Assembly: GCA_012295275.1 (NCBI GenBank)
Contig: CM022665.1
Span: 7,626,001 to 7,690,000 of the forward strand
Length of the DNA stretch: 64,000 nt
Direction of reading: 5' to 3'
Origin: Chrysomallon squamiferum
Taxonomy: Eukaryota; Animalia; Mollusca
Positions 51,301 to 64,000 of the stretch are shown piece by piece (the stretch's first letter is position 1; the number at the start of each line of letters is the position of its first letter). Under the pieces are notes generated by a model, which ran no database searches, was not told the DNA's origin, and was given only the letters and a program-made list of their open reading frames with translations. Position numbers and translations under genes: made by a program.

Positions 51301-53255
51301 GGGAAATTAATAGAGACTGTCTACAATGGACCACTGAGCTTTATGGTCACGCCAAACATAAAAGTGACAGCAGGAAACTTAGTAGCGTTATATATATTAC
51401 AACCACGAAAACAGTTCCACTCGTCCGAGTAATTAAAAACGTAACGTTGTTTTTCACGTTGACATTTATCGTGAGGACCTTTTTGCCCAATAAATACTTA
51501 AAGCAATTTTTAAAGTTGGCTGTGCTTTGAAAATGATTTAGAGGCAATGATTTTTAAAATTGTGGCTAAACTGTTTCTTCCTTTAACTGATAAACTTTTG
51601 GACAACCGAAGTTTATAAATGAAACCTAATTATAAAAATAAATATAAAATGTAACTGCTGCCATTACTCACATATTCAGAAGGTTAAACATTTTTATGTT
51701 TTCTAGGACCAGCAAAACCAAAGGAATGTATTTGTTTGTTTGTTTTTTAAACTGACAACTAGTGATTTCTTAAAGCATGTAAAATCTGTTTTTAACCTAA
51801 TGAAACCTAAAAGATTATGCAGACTTGCTGAAACTACATTTCAAATAAGAAACCGTTTGCTAATTATTACTAATATATTATCTGTATTACAAGGAAACCT
51901 CTACTGAGCGAAAAACTGATTATTCGATGCAGTTCTTTTAAACAGAGAAAACCTATAACGTAACGACCTGTCTCAGTAGTGCAGTGATTTGTATATAGGA
52001 CAAGGAACATTTTTTAATAAACCGAGGCTCCAATAAAATAAATGAAGACAGACAGAATTAATATATAAGACCATAATATTTGACACAGACAACGTAACAT
52101 GCTAAATTAATATAATTATCATTCTAAAATATACAATTTATTTTGATGTTGTGACGTTTAATGGTAAAAAACTGATAAATGATGATCCTAGTGGCTTCAA
52201 GATTCATACTATTTGGGTTCCCGTTTTTATGTGTTGCTCCAGCCACTGCTGTATATAAGGTCATAAAAAATATTTATTTCTCCCGACTGACGCCCGCAAT
52301 GGGATTCTACTTTCATATCATCATCAACATCATAACAAAATAAGCCACAAAAACAAAAAATAAAATAAAATAAAGAAACTAATAACTGTTAATATGATGA
52401 AGGGACGTTAAACGATCGTTCGTATTACAAAATCAGCTAATTGTTTCTGGATGTTACAAAGTTAATAACGGAATATCGACAGCCCAGGAAAAGCGTGGTT
52501 GACCCTTAGAGGATATTACCAGTACAACAAATTAGACTGAGATGTAAACCTCCAGATGTTCTGTCACACTGCTACCTTGACCTTTCTGACGCCAGACGTA
52601 ATTGGAATAAGTGTCATTCTCAATGTTTATTTCATTATTCTTCGCATCAGTTTCTGCGGCAAGAAGCGATCTCTTGCGAAGATTTGGGAAGTTCTTCGCC
52701 TTTGGTGACATCGTTTCTTGGTATTGTCTGGGATGCAATTTCAATTACATTTACAGTTCTATGTTACTTTATCTCCGCTGATGAAGATTTGGACAGAATC
52801 TCTTCTAAAGATTTGCGCCCGGCCCAGAGCTCAGCTGAAATTCATTGCGTGCTTTCCTGCTCGACCAATTGTCACATCTGTACATCCCTTAGAAAATTGA
52901 ATTTTATCTGCCAGGGCGTATCAAAGACTGGACAGATGACATGTAACGTAGAAAGTGTTTGTGTGCTGTGCAGTGAAACTGTGGAATTGTCAAGGACGTC
53001 GTACGTAATATGCGTGAACGTTGTAGTGCCTCTTGCATCTGAGTCAAAACGTCTGGATTTGATGCCGGGAGCACTCGATAATAAGCACCGGTCAGAAACA
53101 TGTCATATGTTATTACGTTGGACATTACGAAACGATGTAACTTCTTGTATTTAATGGATAAACAGTTTATTTAATTATCCCAGTAAGCAAACACGTTCAT
53201 ATTATGAATATTTCAATACTTAGCTATTTTAAAGTGTTTGTTATATAAATATATA

Positions 53256-53503
53256 CAGGCTCGTACACAGAAATGTATTTGGGAGGGATGCGTAATTGAC
53301 GGCCGGAGATGATGGGTTGACCCCCCACTTCCGCCGAAAAAAATTTAAATTCTAGAATGCAGTAGATACGTTTTCGTGCATTCTGGGAAGCAAATGTCAC
53401 TAATGTTTTTTTTTTGTTTATTTTTTTTTTAAAACATCCACGGACGCACCTGGGCAGACTGTAGGGTGTGCGTACTCACCCCTCACACCCGACCCCTGCG
53501 TAT
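53256..53503. mobile_element. Small non-autonomous DNA-transposon-like element (MITE), degenerate
   Basis: GC-rich ~250-bp insert in TA-rich flanks. The left end CAGGCTCGTACACAG partly matches the right end CTGCGTA as an inverted repeat. The G-rich left part, C-rich right part and internal aaatttaaattctagaatgcagtagatacgttttcgtgcattctgg resemble invertebrate MITEs I have seen; family not assigned. Confidence 0.6.
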
Positions 53504-55539
53504 ATAGATACATAGGCACAAGAGGTTTATGTGTGTTTTTTGTGTGTGTACTAAGTCGAAATAGATTTTGACTATTAACTGTAAAATATTGCATTTAAAT
53601 TTATAAAAATTAGAAACCGGTCTTTTGCAATAACAAAACTACCAAAACAAAAGCTCTAATTGCAGATTATTAACAACACTTTTACTGGTTACATATTGAA
53701 GAAAAAAGAGAGGGCGCTATCTACATAGCTGTACAGTAGTATTAGAAAAATATCACAAAAAACTACATGAATAGTAGCAACAGCAGAAACAGCTAATAGT
53801 TATAATAGTATTAGAAATAGGAGAAGAACGAATTATTGCTGTAGAAGTCATATTTGTAGTAGTAGTAGTGCTAGTAGCGGCAGTAACTGTAGTAGTAACA
53901 GCATCATTATATATTCTAGTAGTAGTAGCAGCAGAAAATGCACGGTTCTTATAAAAGTTATATTATCATGAATTAAAAATAATTTTAAAAAAACCCACTA
54001 CATTTCTTAACGGTGAATATTTTCAGTACAGGTATACGTAATTGCTTTCAGCGAAACTGGCACGGATTATTGAAATTTGACATGGGGAAATACGAGATCA
54101 AATGACAAACGCGGAAACGATGGCAACTTTGTACTGGTCATTTCTCAAAATGTCAGTTGGAAAATTGACATGTCATCATTTTGCCAAGATGCTTACAAGT
54201 TTAAGAAATCTAATTTACAATCCCCGAATGAGATTTTTTTTCTTCTTCTTTTTCTTTTAAACTACAAGATTCTGCATTTATATTGGATTGCACTTAAAAT
54301 ACGCGATAAACAAATAAAACAAAATTATTGTTTTGAAATTTTGGCCATCTTTTTTAAATGCAGTATTATCATTTATTATTAATATCATCATTATTGTAGC
54401 CATCATTACTATCATCATTTTCATCTTCAACAACATCATAATCATTAGTAATAGTAATAGCAGTACAGCATTAGAAGTAGTGGTGGTAGTAGCAGCAGAA
54501 GTAATAGTTATGATGGTGGTGCTAGTAGAAATAGTAGTAGTAGTAGTAATTCATTAATCTAATTGACCGAGTTGATTTTTCTTTGAAAATTGTTAAATTC
54601 TTTTGTCTTGTGCATTAACTGTAACAATAAATTGCTGAAGAAAACTGAAATGACCAAACAATGAAATGTGGTTCAATATATAAAAGATTTTGTCATATGA
54701 AGATACTGGGGGGGAGAGTAAAGTAAATGTCAACTTGACATTGTTCAAAGAGCAGATGAAAAAAAAAACGAAATCACGAATAAAGAAATTTACTGACCGT
54801 TTTATTTACTGCACTGCTGTTAGGATGACAACTGAAGTGTCAAACTAACAAGGAACAATCCAAGAACATAACGACACGACCTCGAGTCGGACCAAAATTT
54901 ATGAATATCACAAGAGTTTTGATGGAGCAGCTTATAAACTTTTGATTTCTCGAAAGATTTAAAAATGCTGGACGCATAAAAACTACTTTTGCTGAGGGGA
55001 TGATGGTATAATTTTCACAAGACGATCCTTTTGGACCTTTGATTTCAGTATTGCAACATAAATTACCGTCCTCATAATCTTCATCGTTATCGTTGTTGTA
55101 GTTAATGTTAGTTTTATTGAAGCAGATAAGGTTACTTCTTCATTTATGGACGTGTCAGGATTCAAAAACAAAAAAGTGAAAACCTTTCATAATTTAGAAA
55201 ATATCTTTCTTATCAGCATAACGACGTAATGAAATTTGAAATGAATAACATTAATGAATAATTTCAAGAGGATAAAACGTATTGTTATTAATAAAAGTTT
55301 GAAAGAAATCATTCGACAGTCGATTGTTATGAATTAAATCTATTTCTGGGACAGTCTTCCATCATTTTGACACGTCAAATCTCGGAAACGTTTTCACTTA
55401 ATCCTACGAAAAAGACGTTTAAAAAGAAAAATGTACATAGGGTATTCCGATCAGGTTTGTGTCAGCATCCCAACCTTTATAGCTAAAACAACCAGAATAA
55501 AAAATATTTAACTAACAACATTATTTTACTTCATTTGAT

Positions 55540-55765
55540 ATGTATGTGTTTGTGTGTGAGTCTGTGCGTGTATATGTGTGTGTGTCTGTGCGTGTATGTC
55601 TGTGCGTGTATATGTGTGTGTATATATATATATACGTGTGTGTGTTTATGCATTGTGTGTGTGTGTGAATGTGTGTTTATGGATGTGTGTACTTATGTAT
55701 GTACGTACGTATGTATGCATGTGCGTGTTTTTGTACATTGTTTAGCTTGTATCTACGTACGTACA
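55540..55765. repeat. Degenerate (GT)n/(GTAT)n tract
   Basis: Read directly. Confidence 0.9.
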
Positions 55766-56231
55766 TAATCATGTATAAAAAGCTGATCTGGGTTAAATGT
55801 AATAGTACATTTTTGTAACATAAACAACCTAACAGTCTGACTGGTGAGTGATTAACACAGTCGGTTTGCTCATAATAGGCAAGAAGTGTTTAACTGAACT
55901 CTTGTAATGCAAGCAATCTATGGATTTTATGATCTACAAACCAAAGTCGAGACTGTATCGATTGGTATGAAGAAAAAGGGTACAGTTCTCTCGTTCAACT
56001 CTACCCACTCCCCCCACCCCCCACTACTACTACTACAACGTCTCCTGAGTAAACGATTCGACTCGAGTGATAAACACGTCTGCAAGAGAAATAGCTAAAT
56101 GTCAAAAACAATCTTGTTCATAAAAACTGACGTCTGATGTTACTTAAAGGCCAAAAAATTCGTCTGCGAATGCATAACGTCGAAGGATCGAAACCTTTGA
56201 GTGGGAGTCGAATTATAAATTAGTTATTAGT

Positions 56232-56273
<42 letters not shown>

Positions 56274-58659
56274 CGTTGTTACTATAGAATTTTTTTTTTT
56301 TTTTTTTTTTAAATAACTCTTTTAAAAAGAAGTGAAATAACAAGCTTGTGAGGATCCAAGGATGCTTGTAGGAAATAAATTACTGACGGATACTAGATTC
56401 AGTAATACTGCAATGACTTTCTCATTCTAAGTTTTAAATTATTTATTTAGTTATTTAATTATTAATTAATTAATTTAACTCCTTTATTTAGTTAGTTAGT
56501 TAGTTGTTTATTTATTGTGTTTGTTTTTTGTTTTATCTTTTCTTTACATTTCTGCTTTAAAAAGAAAAGATTTTTAAAAAAAATTACACTAATGGAAACA
56601 TGCTTTTGTTCACTGTGTATCCTAATTTTCTAATGAGGCTGTTAACTTATTTTAATACTTTATAATTAATAAACATCTATAATAGTTTTAATCAAAACAA
56701 GCACCTGCAATTTCGCCATTTGTGTCTAGTATTCGTTGCTTTTATGTATGACAAAAGATAAACTTTAACCTTAAATAATCATGCTTCATAATTAATTAGA
56801 AAAAATCTCCATTGCGAAGTTTAATGACCCTGTGTAATATCTCTAAATAAAACAAATCCAAAAAAAAAAAAAAAAAATAAATAAAAATATAAAAATGTAA
56901 AAATTAACAATAAACCAAAAATCAAAAGAAAGACTACAAAATATAGAGTAGGACGGAATCCTATAATACAACATTGATGACTAAAACTGTAAAAGTCGAA
57001 TTAAAAAAAAAAAAAAAAGGATAAAAATAAAGAATGATCTATTATTAATCACATCTGAGGTTGTGTTATAGTCATTAATCAACTTTAACAAGAGAAGTTT
57101 GGATACAAACAAATAAAAATTTGAATACGTTTTTAAAGTAGCAGTTAAAAGTACCACACAGATCATACTTAGACAGTTAAACACATTATACGATATAAAC
57201 ATGTATTATTGTTATTATTATTATTATTGTGGTGGTTTATTGTTGTTGTTATTCTTGTCCTTACTAATTTGCGAAAAACGCTGTACTTTGTAAAAATTAC
57301 TTCCTTTAATTCGAATTCACTGATGTATATTCAAAATAGAAAATAACAAAATAAATTCACTTAAAACGATGAAAATGAGCAAATGAAAATGCAACTATAA
57401 AACTTTTTAAAAATTGATACGTAAATAGGACAGCAATGTGCGAAGTACATACGAATTAACATTTACTAATAATTCCATAACATTACAATTATTTTTCTTC
57501 TTTCGTAGATAATGACAGACACAAACAGATCTGCAGAGCATTAGAAAGACAAACTAAAGAAAATATATGTAACAATGAAAAAGGGAAAACAAATGGGAAA
57601 AAAAAAAAAAAAAAAATGAAAATGGCGGACAGCAAGAACAGTAATCAAATAAACACTCAAATAAATACCAGTCTATTATTACAATTTATATCGGTAATTC
57701 CAGTAGTTATTATTCGTGTAAACAATTTATTAGCACTGATGTTACGTTCTTCAGTCGGACTCGTTTCCACAACGTGCCTCACTCGCGGCTTTCCCAACCA
57801 GTTTGCACCGAAAGAGAAATGATGAAAATAGCGGGAGAAAATTTAATTTCTTCCAGTTACAAGAACACCAAACGTCAATCACGTGGGAGAGAAGTGCTGA
57901 CCAGGAGGGCTTAATCTTCTAACGAAATTAATAATTGATACACTCACGCAGACGTCTACACAATCATATCCTTCCGCAGTACCCTAAACAGTAATGACAG
58001 TCAACTTGGCTTGTGCATGGTTCTGTCTGAGTTTTTTTTTTTTTGATATGCGAGCTAAACTGTGTTGCACAGTTATAGTCAACTGTACTGTATGACATGA
58101 AAATTGCGTCATATTTGTTTTGGTTTTATTGTTAACCTTTTTAATTTAATTTAATTAAAAAAAAAATTAAATATTTTTTTCATGTTTATCCATGTTACGA
58201 ACAGAGATAAAATATAATAAGCATGTTCTCTGTAGTTTCAAATTAACCTAATGAAGTTTGACATTTTTCATATGATCTGTTGTCTGTGTTTTTTCTAAAA
58301 ATTACTTTAGCCAGTTCGCTGTTTGCATACCAGGACAAGGCCGGCATATTCTTCAGTTCCTGAGAGCCTTTAGCAAGCCTTAACCTTTAATATAGTCAAT
58401 AATCTAACAAGGATAAATTTACAAACATCCTAACACGGTCATTTCCTTTTTGCTTTCAATACTTGTCTTTCGTAACAGACAGGTCAATGACTTCCTGGTT
58501 TTCTTTTTCAGTTACAGACAACATTTATTCTGTCACAAGTTGTATTTAACTGTAGTTTCTACTGAAATTATCTTAGCGTTTATTTTACATACGCCTGAAA
58601 TAATACAAGGCAGTTTTCGAACGCGAAAAGACTGTCATTGATTTTAAAACGATTCCCAG

Positions 58660-58663
<4 letters not shown>

Positions 58664-58739
<76 letters not shown>
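58664..58739. repeat. (CT)n microsatellite
   Basis: Perfect dinucleotide run. Confidence 0.99.
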
Positions 58740-58743
<4 letters not shown>

Positions 58744-61041
58744 TTTCTTTTCACAAAGTGAGGAAGAAAAAAAAAATGGGTACATTCAGAAGAAACCAGT
58801 AATGTTATTTTTGCACTGTTTAACATGTTTTGCTAAAACAGTGTATAGTTTAGACATTAAAAAAAAAAAAAAAAAAAAAAAAATACTATATGCTTAATAT
58901 ATTCAGATAAAGAAATCATTAATCCATCTTCATAAACAATTATGTTAATACATAATGCAGGCATTTTAACCAGTGTCTACATTTTCAATCGTATTTCAAA
59001 TTAAAAACACAAAACGATATCGGCCATTATTTAAACGTTGCATTTTTTTTTTTTTTTTTTTTTCTTCTTCTTTTCTCATATTATAATAAACATTATTCTG
59101 TTTTGAATTATTGTAATTGTTGGAATGTTTGGCTGTAACTCATTTATAACGTTCATTACTTGTTTCTGTAGCAGATATAAACATTCTCGTAAGATTTTTA
59201 CTGTCTGTAGAAAGGTGTATTTACAAAATCACTTAATGTTAATGGATAAGAGCATTGGATAAAGTGGCAGCATTGCGTTTTATCTGTACTATAGCAATAA
59301 TTTATTATTTTATTTATTTATTTATCAATTTATTTATTATTTTTATTTAATTTTATTATTATTTTTTTTTTACAGTGTATTTAGTTAGTTAGTTAGTTAT
59401 TTTTTAACAGTTTATTATTACAATGTTATCAGGTCTCTTTAAATATTTATTCATTTGAGCTCGTGTATCTCTGTAACAAAATGGGTGTTATTATTTCTGG
59501 TTGCTCTTTCATCGAAAACGAAAAAGAAGAGAAAAAAACATTTTCCCGCGTTATACCAGATCAAGCCCATGAGATTCTTTCCTGAATCATTTGACGTAAA
59601 CAGTGTCAAAATATTGTACATCAGATGTCTCTCAATACTGCACCAAGTTTACCCTGCAGCAACCAGACCATGAATACTCATAGAATCTCTGTTAATTTAC
59701 GAGTCGATGAGGCTAGTTCAAGTTCTACACTAAATACAATGTACCTAGACACCGGGTCTTGGGATGACTCCCATACAAGTCACTGTCATATAACAGTAAA
59801 GTGGACTGCAGGTTTTTGTTTCAAGAACAAATAGGCATGTTGACCACTGACTTTAAACTATATGTCTTTCACAGATAGACGGTTTTCAGACACATATTCA
59901 ACAGCTGAGTTGCATGGAACTGTACAAAATTCAGTGCTTCTCTTTCGTTTCCCAAATGGCCACTGTCAAATCGTTTCCGGATCAGCTATCTGTACTGGAG
60001 GTCATTTCTGACTTGCTGTCAGTGTTTTACGACGCTCTGACATCAGTTCCTGTTGTTTAAACATTGTTGTTGTGTAGACCAATCGGACAAATAAATTAAT
60101 TAATTTAAAAAAAATGTGTGCGTATTTCGAATGTGAGTTCTTTGTATACGCACATAACTTGAAGACATAACAACGATATCTTTTGTGATTAATCATAACG
60201 AATATCTGATAATGCCTTTCAAGAAATAACATACTGTTAAGAATGGAACAAAATATTTAAAGTATCTGTCGAAGCGAATCAATCGTACACCTCAGTGGTT
60301 TGTTGTTATGATACACAGTTTTACGCAATGTCTTCATAAGCTATAAACAACAGAACAAAAAAGAAACTAAAGAAATAATATATTAACACAAGAGTCGAAG
60401 ATTAAAAATAAAATTATTTTTCAAAGATAATTGTTTTGATGAATGCACACATTTAGTCACATATAATGCAGGCTTGTATTTACCGTGACTAAAACTTTAT
60501 AACATAATATTAAGGTTTCTTTTTTTTATGGCTTCACTATTTCAAAATTCCCGGACTATACGAATGTATTAGTACTTACTGATTTAGTTTTGTACACGGA
60601 TAAAACAGAGTTGTGAAGACAAATAATAGGTAAATTTATATTTAAACTGAGACTCTGAAGAGGTATAATTCACACTGTGTGTGTTACATTATGTAAATCA
60701 GTGTCCGTATATTATAGATATACAACACAATAGCTACTGCGTACTACTCTACAGCTTCGTTTCGTTGTCAAAGTCCAGTGAACATGATACAATATTTGTA
60801 AGCTTTTTTATCTATCGATATAATCTAAACTTTGGTCAGCAATCTTCTCGCCTATCCCGCTCCGTTACAAGTTTGTCACTGTCTTTTATAAGCTGCGTGA
60901 TTAAATCAAACTGAAATGAGCGTGCTTATACCCGTTCAAGCAAGTTTATCATGGGCACAGCCGATGATGTATCAGTTCTTTATATTCTAGATGTAGTAGT
61001 GCAGAAAAGTTTTAAATTCAGTTGAAATAATTTTTTTGAGA

Positions 61042-61043
<2 letters not shown>

Positions 61044-61132
<89 letters not shown>
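61044..61132. repeat. (GA)n microsatellite
   Basis: Perfect dinucleotide run. Confidence 0.99.
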
Positions 61133-61134
<2 letters not shown>

Positions 61135-61694
61135 TCGATTAAAATCTACATATAAAACATATATAAATAAATAAATCGGCAGTCTTCAACGGATATTAAT
61201 GACTTAGTTTATTACGATATTGGAAAAAAAAATGTAAATAACTTATTAATAAAAAGACACATGAATAGTTTTACTAGAAAATAAATTAGTGTTTGAAAAA
61301 GTTCATTTCCCTTTAGAATTCAATATCATATTTTAATTCGCGTGACCTCGATATTCTATAATTTGTTTTTCATCAATCATACTGGATTTTAAAAAAATAA
61401 AATAAAATGACGCCGGTGATGGAGCCGATAACGGTAATGATTATAGCACAAAAGAAGATAAAAAGAATTTCGATGTTACCAGTTACCGTCAAACGAACTC
61501 AAATAAACTCACCACAGTTGTTTTTGTTTGTTTGCTGTTGTTCCGTTTTGGTGTGTTTGTTTGTTGTTGTTGTTGTTGTTTTTGTTTTGCCATGTTTGTT
61601 GTTGTCTTTATCATCCATTAAATTTTCGTTATATTTAAATGTTTCTAAAATAATATTATTTTTTGCTTTTTTAACGTTTCTTTCAGTTTTTGCA

Positions 61695-61742
<48 letters not shown>

Positions 61743-61763
61743 CATTATTATTATTATTATTAT
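61695..61763. repeat. Directly abutting inverted (AAT)n-(ATT)n microsatellite
   Basis: An (AAT)n run, a single C, then an (ATT)n run. Confidence 0.95.
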
Positions 61764-62418
61764 AAAATGTGTCTTGTGTTATATACGTATCTATCGGTAG
61801 GCATCTGTATATATTAAGGATTTATAGATGGAAATAATATTTTAAGTATGTCTGTTAGAAAGACTTATGCGCAAACAAAATTTAGTAATTAAAAATTTCG
61901 CAAAATGAAACAAACCCCACCCCAAAATTCGAAGAAAATAAAAATAAAATATATAGAGCACTTCGTCTTCGACACAGATCATAACTATACATAATAAAAT
62001 GATACATCGCGGACAGCTATTAACACTTGCATACAATAATGTCACACCTGTAATACTGCCTATGAGTGGCAAGATGCCAAACGGCCATTGAAAACTATTA
62101 ACTGTGCTTATTTGATAAATTTAAAACACCGGTCACATCGTTAATTTTAGAACTTCTTAACCCTTGAAAACGTGCGACAGTCACAAGTGTGCCATTCTGG
62201 GAGAAAATTCCGTACTAACAATCACCTTGTCTAAAGCAAGTGAAGTTAAGGACCCCATCGATTCCCGCGATGGGCCGAAAAGTATCGATTCTATCAGAAA
62301 AAGCACTCAATGCATTATTGCGTATTCCGGCCAGCTAATAGAATTGTAAAAGCATTACGACAAAGTTAAAGAACTGAACTAAAAACGTGAACACATCGCA
62401 CTTGTTATAAAATTAATA

Positions 62419-62450
62419 TTTACGACACCACGCCGGAAGTGTGTCGTAAA
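62419..62450. promoter_or_regulatory. 10-bp inverted repeat enclosing an ETS-type motif
   Basis: TTTACGACAC (62419-62428) and GTGTCGTAAA (62441-62450) are exact reverse complements, with CCGGAAGTG between them. Confidence 0.4.
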
Positions 62451-64000
62451 CCGGTTTGGGGGAACGTGGAGACAAATGGGGCCGAAATCCATTTAATCTA
62501 CCCTAAGTGAATCTTATGAAAACCGAAAAGGGAGGCTGTTATATGTCATTCGAACAAGCAACTTTCATAATTTAATCATTCGGTTGATGTAAGTTGCTTT
62601 GTACATAAGAGGATCGTTCTTGTAATTAGTTTTATTTGGACACTTTCTGATGTTTTTAGCATTTCGCAGGAAAAAAACAATAGTCAAAGAATTAAAAAAT
62701 AAAAGAATCATATACACTATATTATTTCACAAAAAGCACGTAATCACTCACACGAACACACACACGCACATACACACATACACAATCACGCACAAACACA
62801 CACATTTATACACATAACGTTTCTGTCGCTGCTTTATTGTTTTTCTGGATTTCTTTTTCTTTTATTATTTATTTATTTATTTGGATATGTACTTCGATAT
62901 TCATTTTTTAAATACTTCTACCGTTCTTTGAGTAAGTTATAGTTATTACCTTATAGACAGATAGATAAAGAAAACAGTTTCATGGTATATTACTGAATAA
63001 TATAACAGCGCAATAACACAGAAAATAACTTATATAATATTCAACATAAACTTATCTGTGATGGAATATATAAAAATTAGTTTCAAACGAAAGTTTTTAT
63101 ATAAGATGAAAATATTTCGTGTATATATATATATTGAAGCCTTTGACATGTTTTTTAAAAACTGAATAAAATGTGATGGTCACAGAGACTGCAATAAAGA
63201 GATTGTTTTCATAAAGAAAGAAAACAGAATGTTCTCGAAAAAAAAGAAGAAATAATTAAAATAACAGTTTAAAAATCATACCTTTGAAAAGAAGATTTCC
63301 ATGTACAAATCCACAATCAAGTGTATATCAGTTTTATGTATCCTTGCTTTTTAAGAACAACACGCACAGATGAACAAACTTAATATTAAACTAAACTAGC
63401 ACCTGATTGATGTCACTTGTGATACCAGCATGGGTAAGGTCTCGGCTAGTGTAATTATGTGAACCTATTCTTAAGTTTTTGAACGTTCGTGTTAATACAG
63501 GTTACTGACGTTACACTTCGCTAAATCATTCTGGCGTCCAGCTGTGAAGACAGATTTGTGTAATTATGCATTCAGCTATCCGTACGATCATTAACATATA
63601 TACTGCAAGTCTATTCTTCATTCATTAATTAATTAATTAATTAATATTTATTTAATTTAATTTTTGTCCATTAAGAGAAAATGAATTAGTTTATATTTTT
63701 AAGCCTAATTCAGCAAGTGCGCAGATCATAACTTATTTTTGGACGCTGGCGTAAGTACAAATAAATAATTTTAAGTGCCAAAAAAAAAATATAGTTTGTT
63801 TCTAATAGACGCGGGTGCTTAACGAAAAGTTCATTTTCTTTATGCATGTGCATCTGTTTGTTTTCCTACCTTTCTTTTCTATTTAATTATTTTCTTTTGA
63901 CTTCTTCAGAAATTTAGGACAATATGTGCACGCATGTAGTTATGTGTGTACGTATATGTTTCTGTATGTATGTATTTGTGTATGAGTATGTGTATGGTGT

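Overview
AT-rich eukaryotic (metazoan) genomic DNA. The microsatellite spectrum ((TAA)n, (CT)n, (GTA/GCA)n, (ACAT)n, long poly-A/T) looks molluscan, possibly cephalopod; this is an inference. There are no prokaryotic operons, CRISPR arrays or rRNA, and I recognise no protein family. Almost every entry in the ORF track is a translated microsatellite. The window reads as a large intron or gene desert in which 0.3-0.7 kb islands of unique, CpG-containing sequence alternate with low-complexity blocks. The best-supported non-repeat features are a degenerate tRNA-derived SINE head (3365-3435, -), a small non-autonomous DNA-transposon-like element (53256-53503), a ~21-bp CRE-containing minisatellite (46096-46288), a perfect 15-bp inverted repeat (43801-43861) and a ~50-bp duplicated motif (17023/18049). 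Several candidate spliceosomal exons are also present; the strongest is 7653-7932 (+), with a TACTAAC branch point, a clean acceptor, a GTGAGT donor and an open frame. Possible micro-exon chains occur on both strands but cannot be separated from chance without RNA-seq. I found no convincing novel system; the findings are testable leads.
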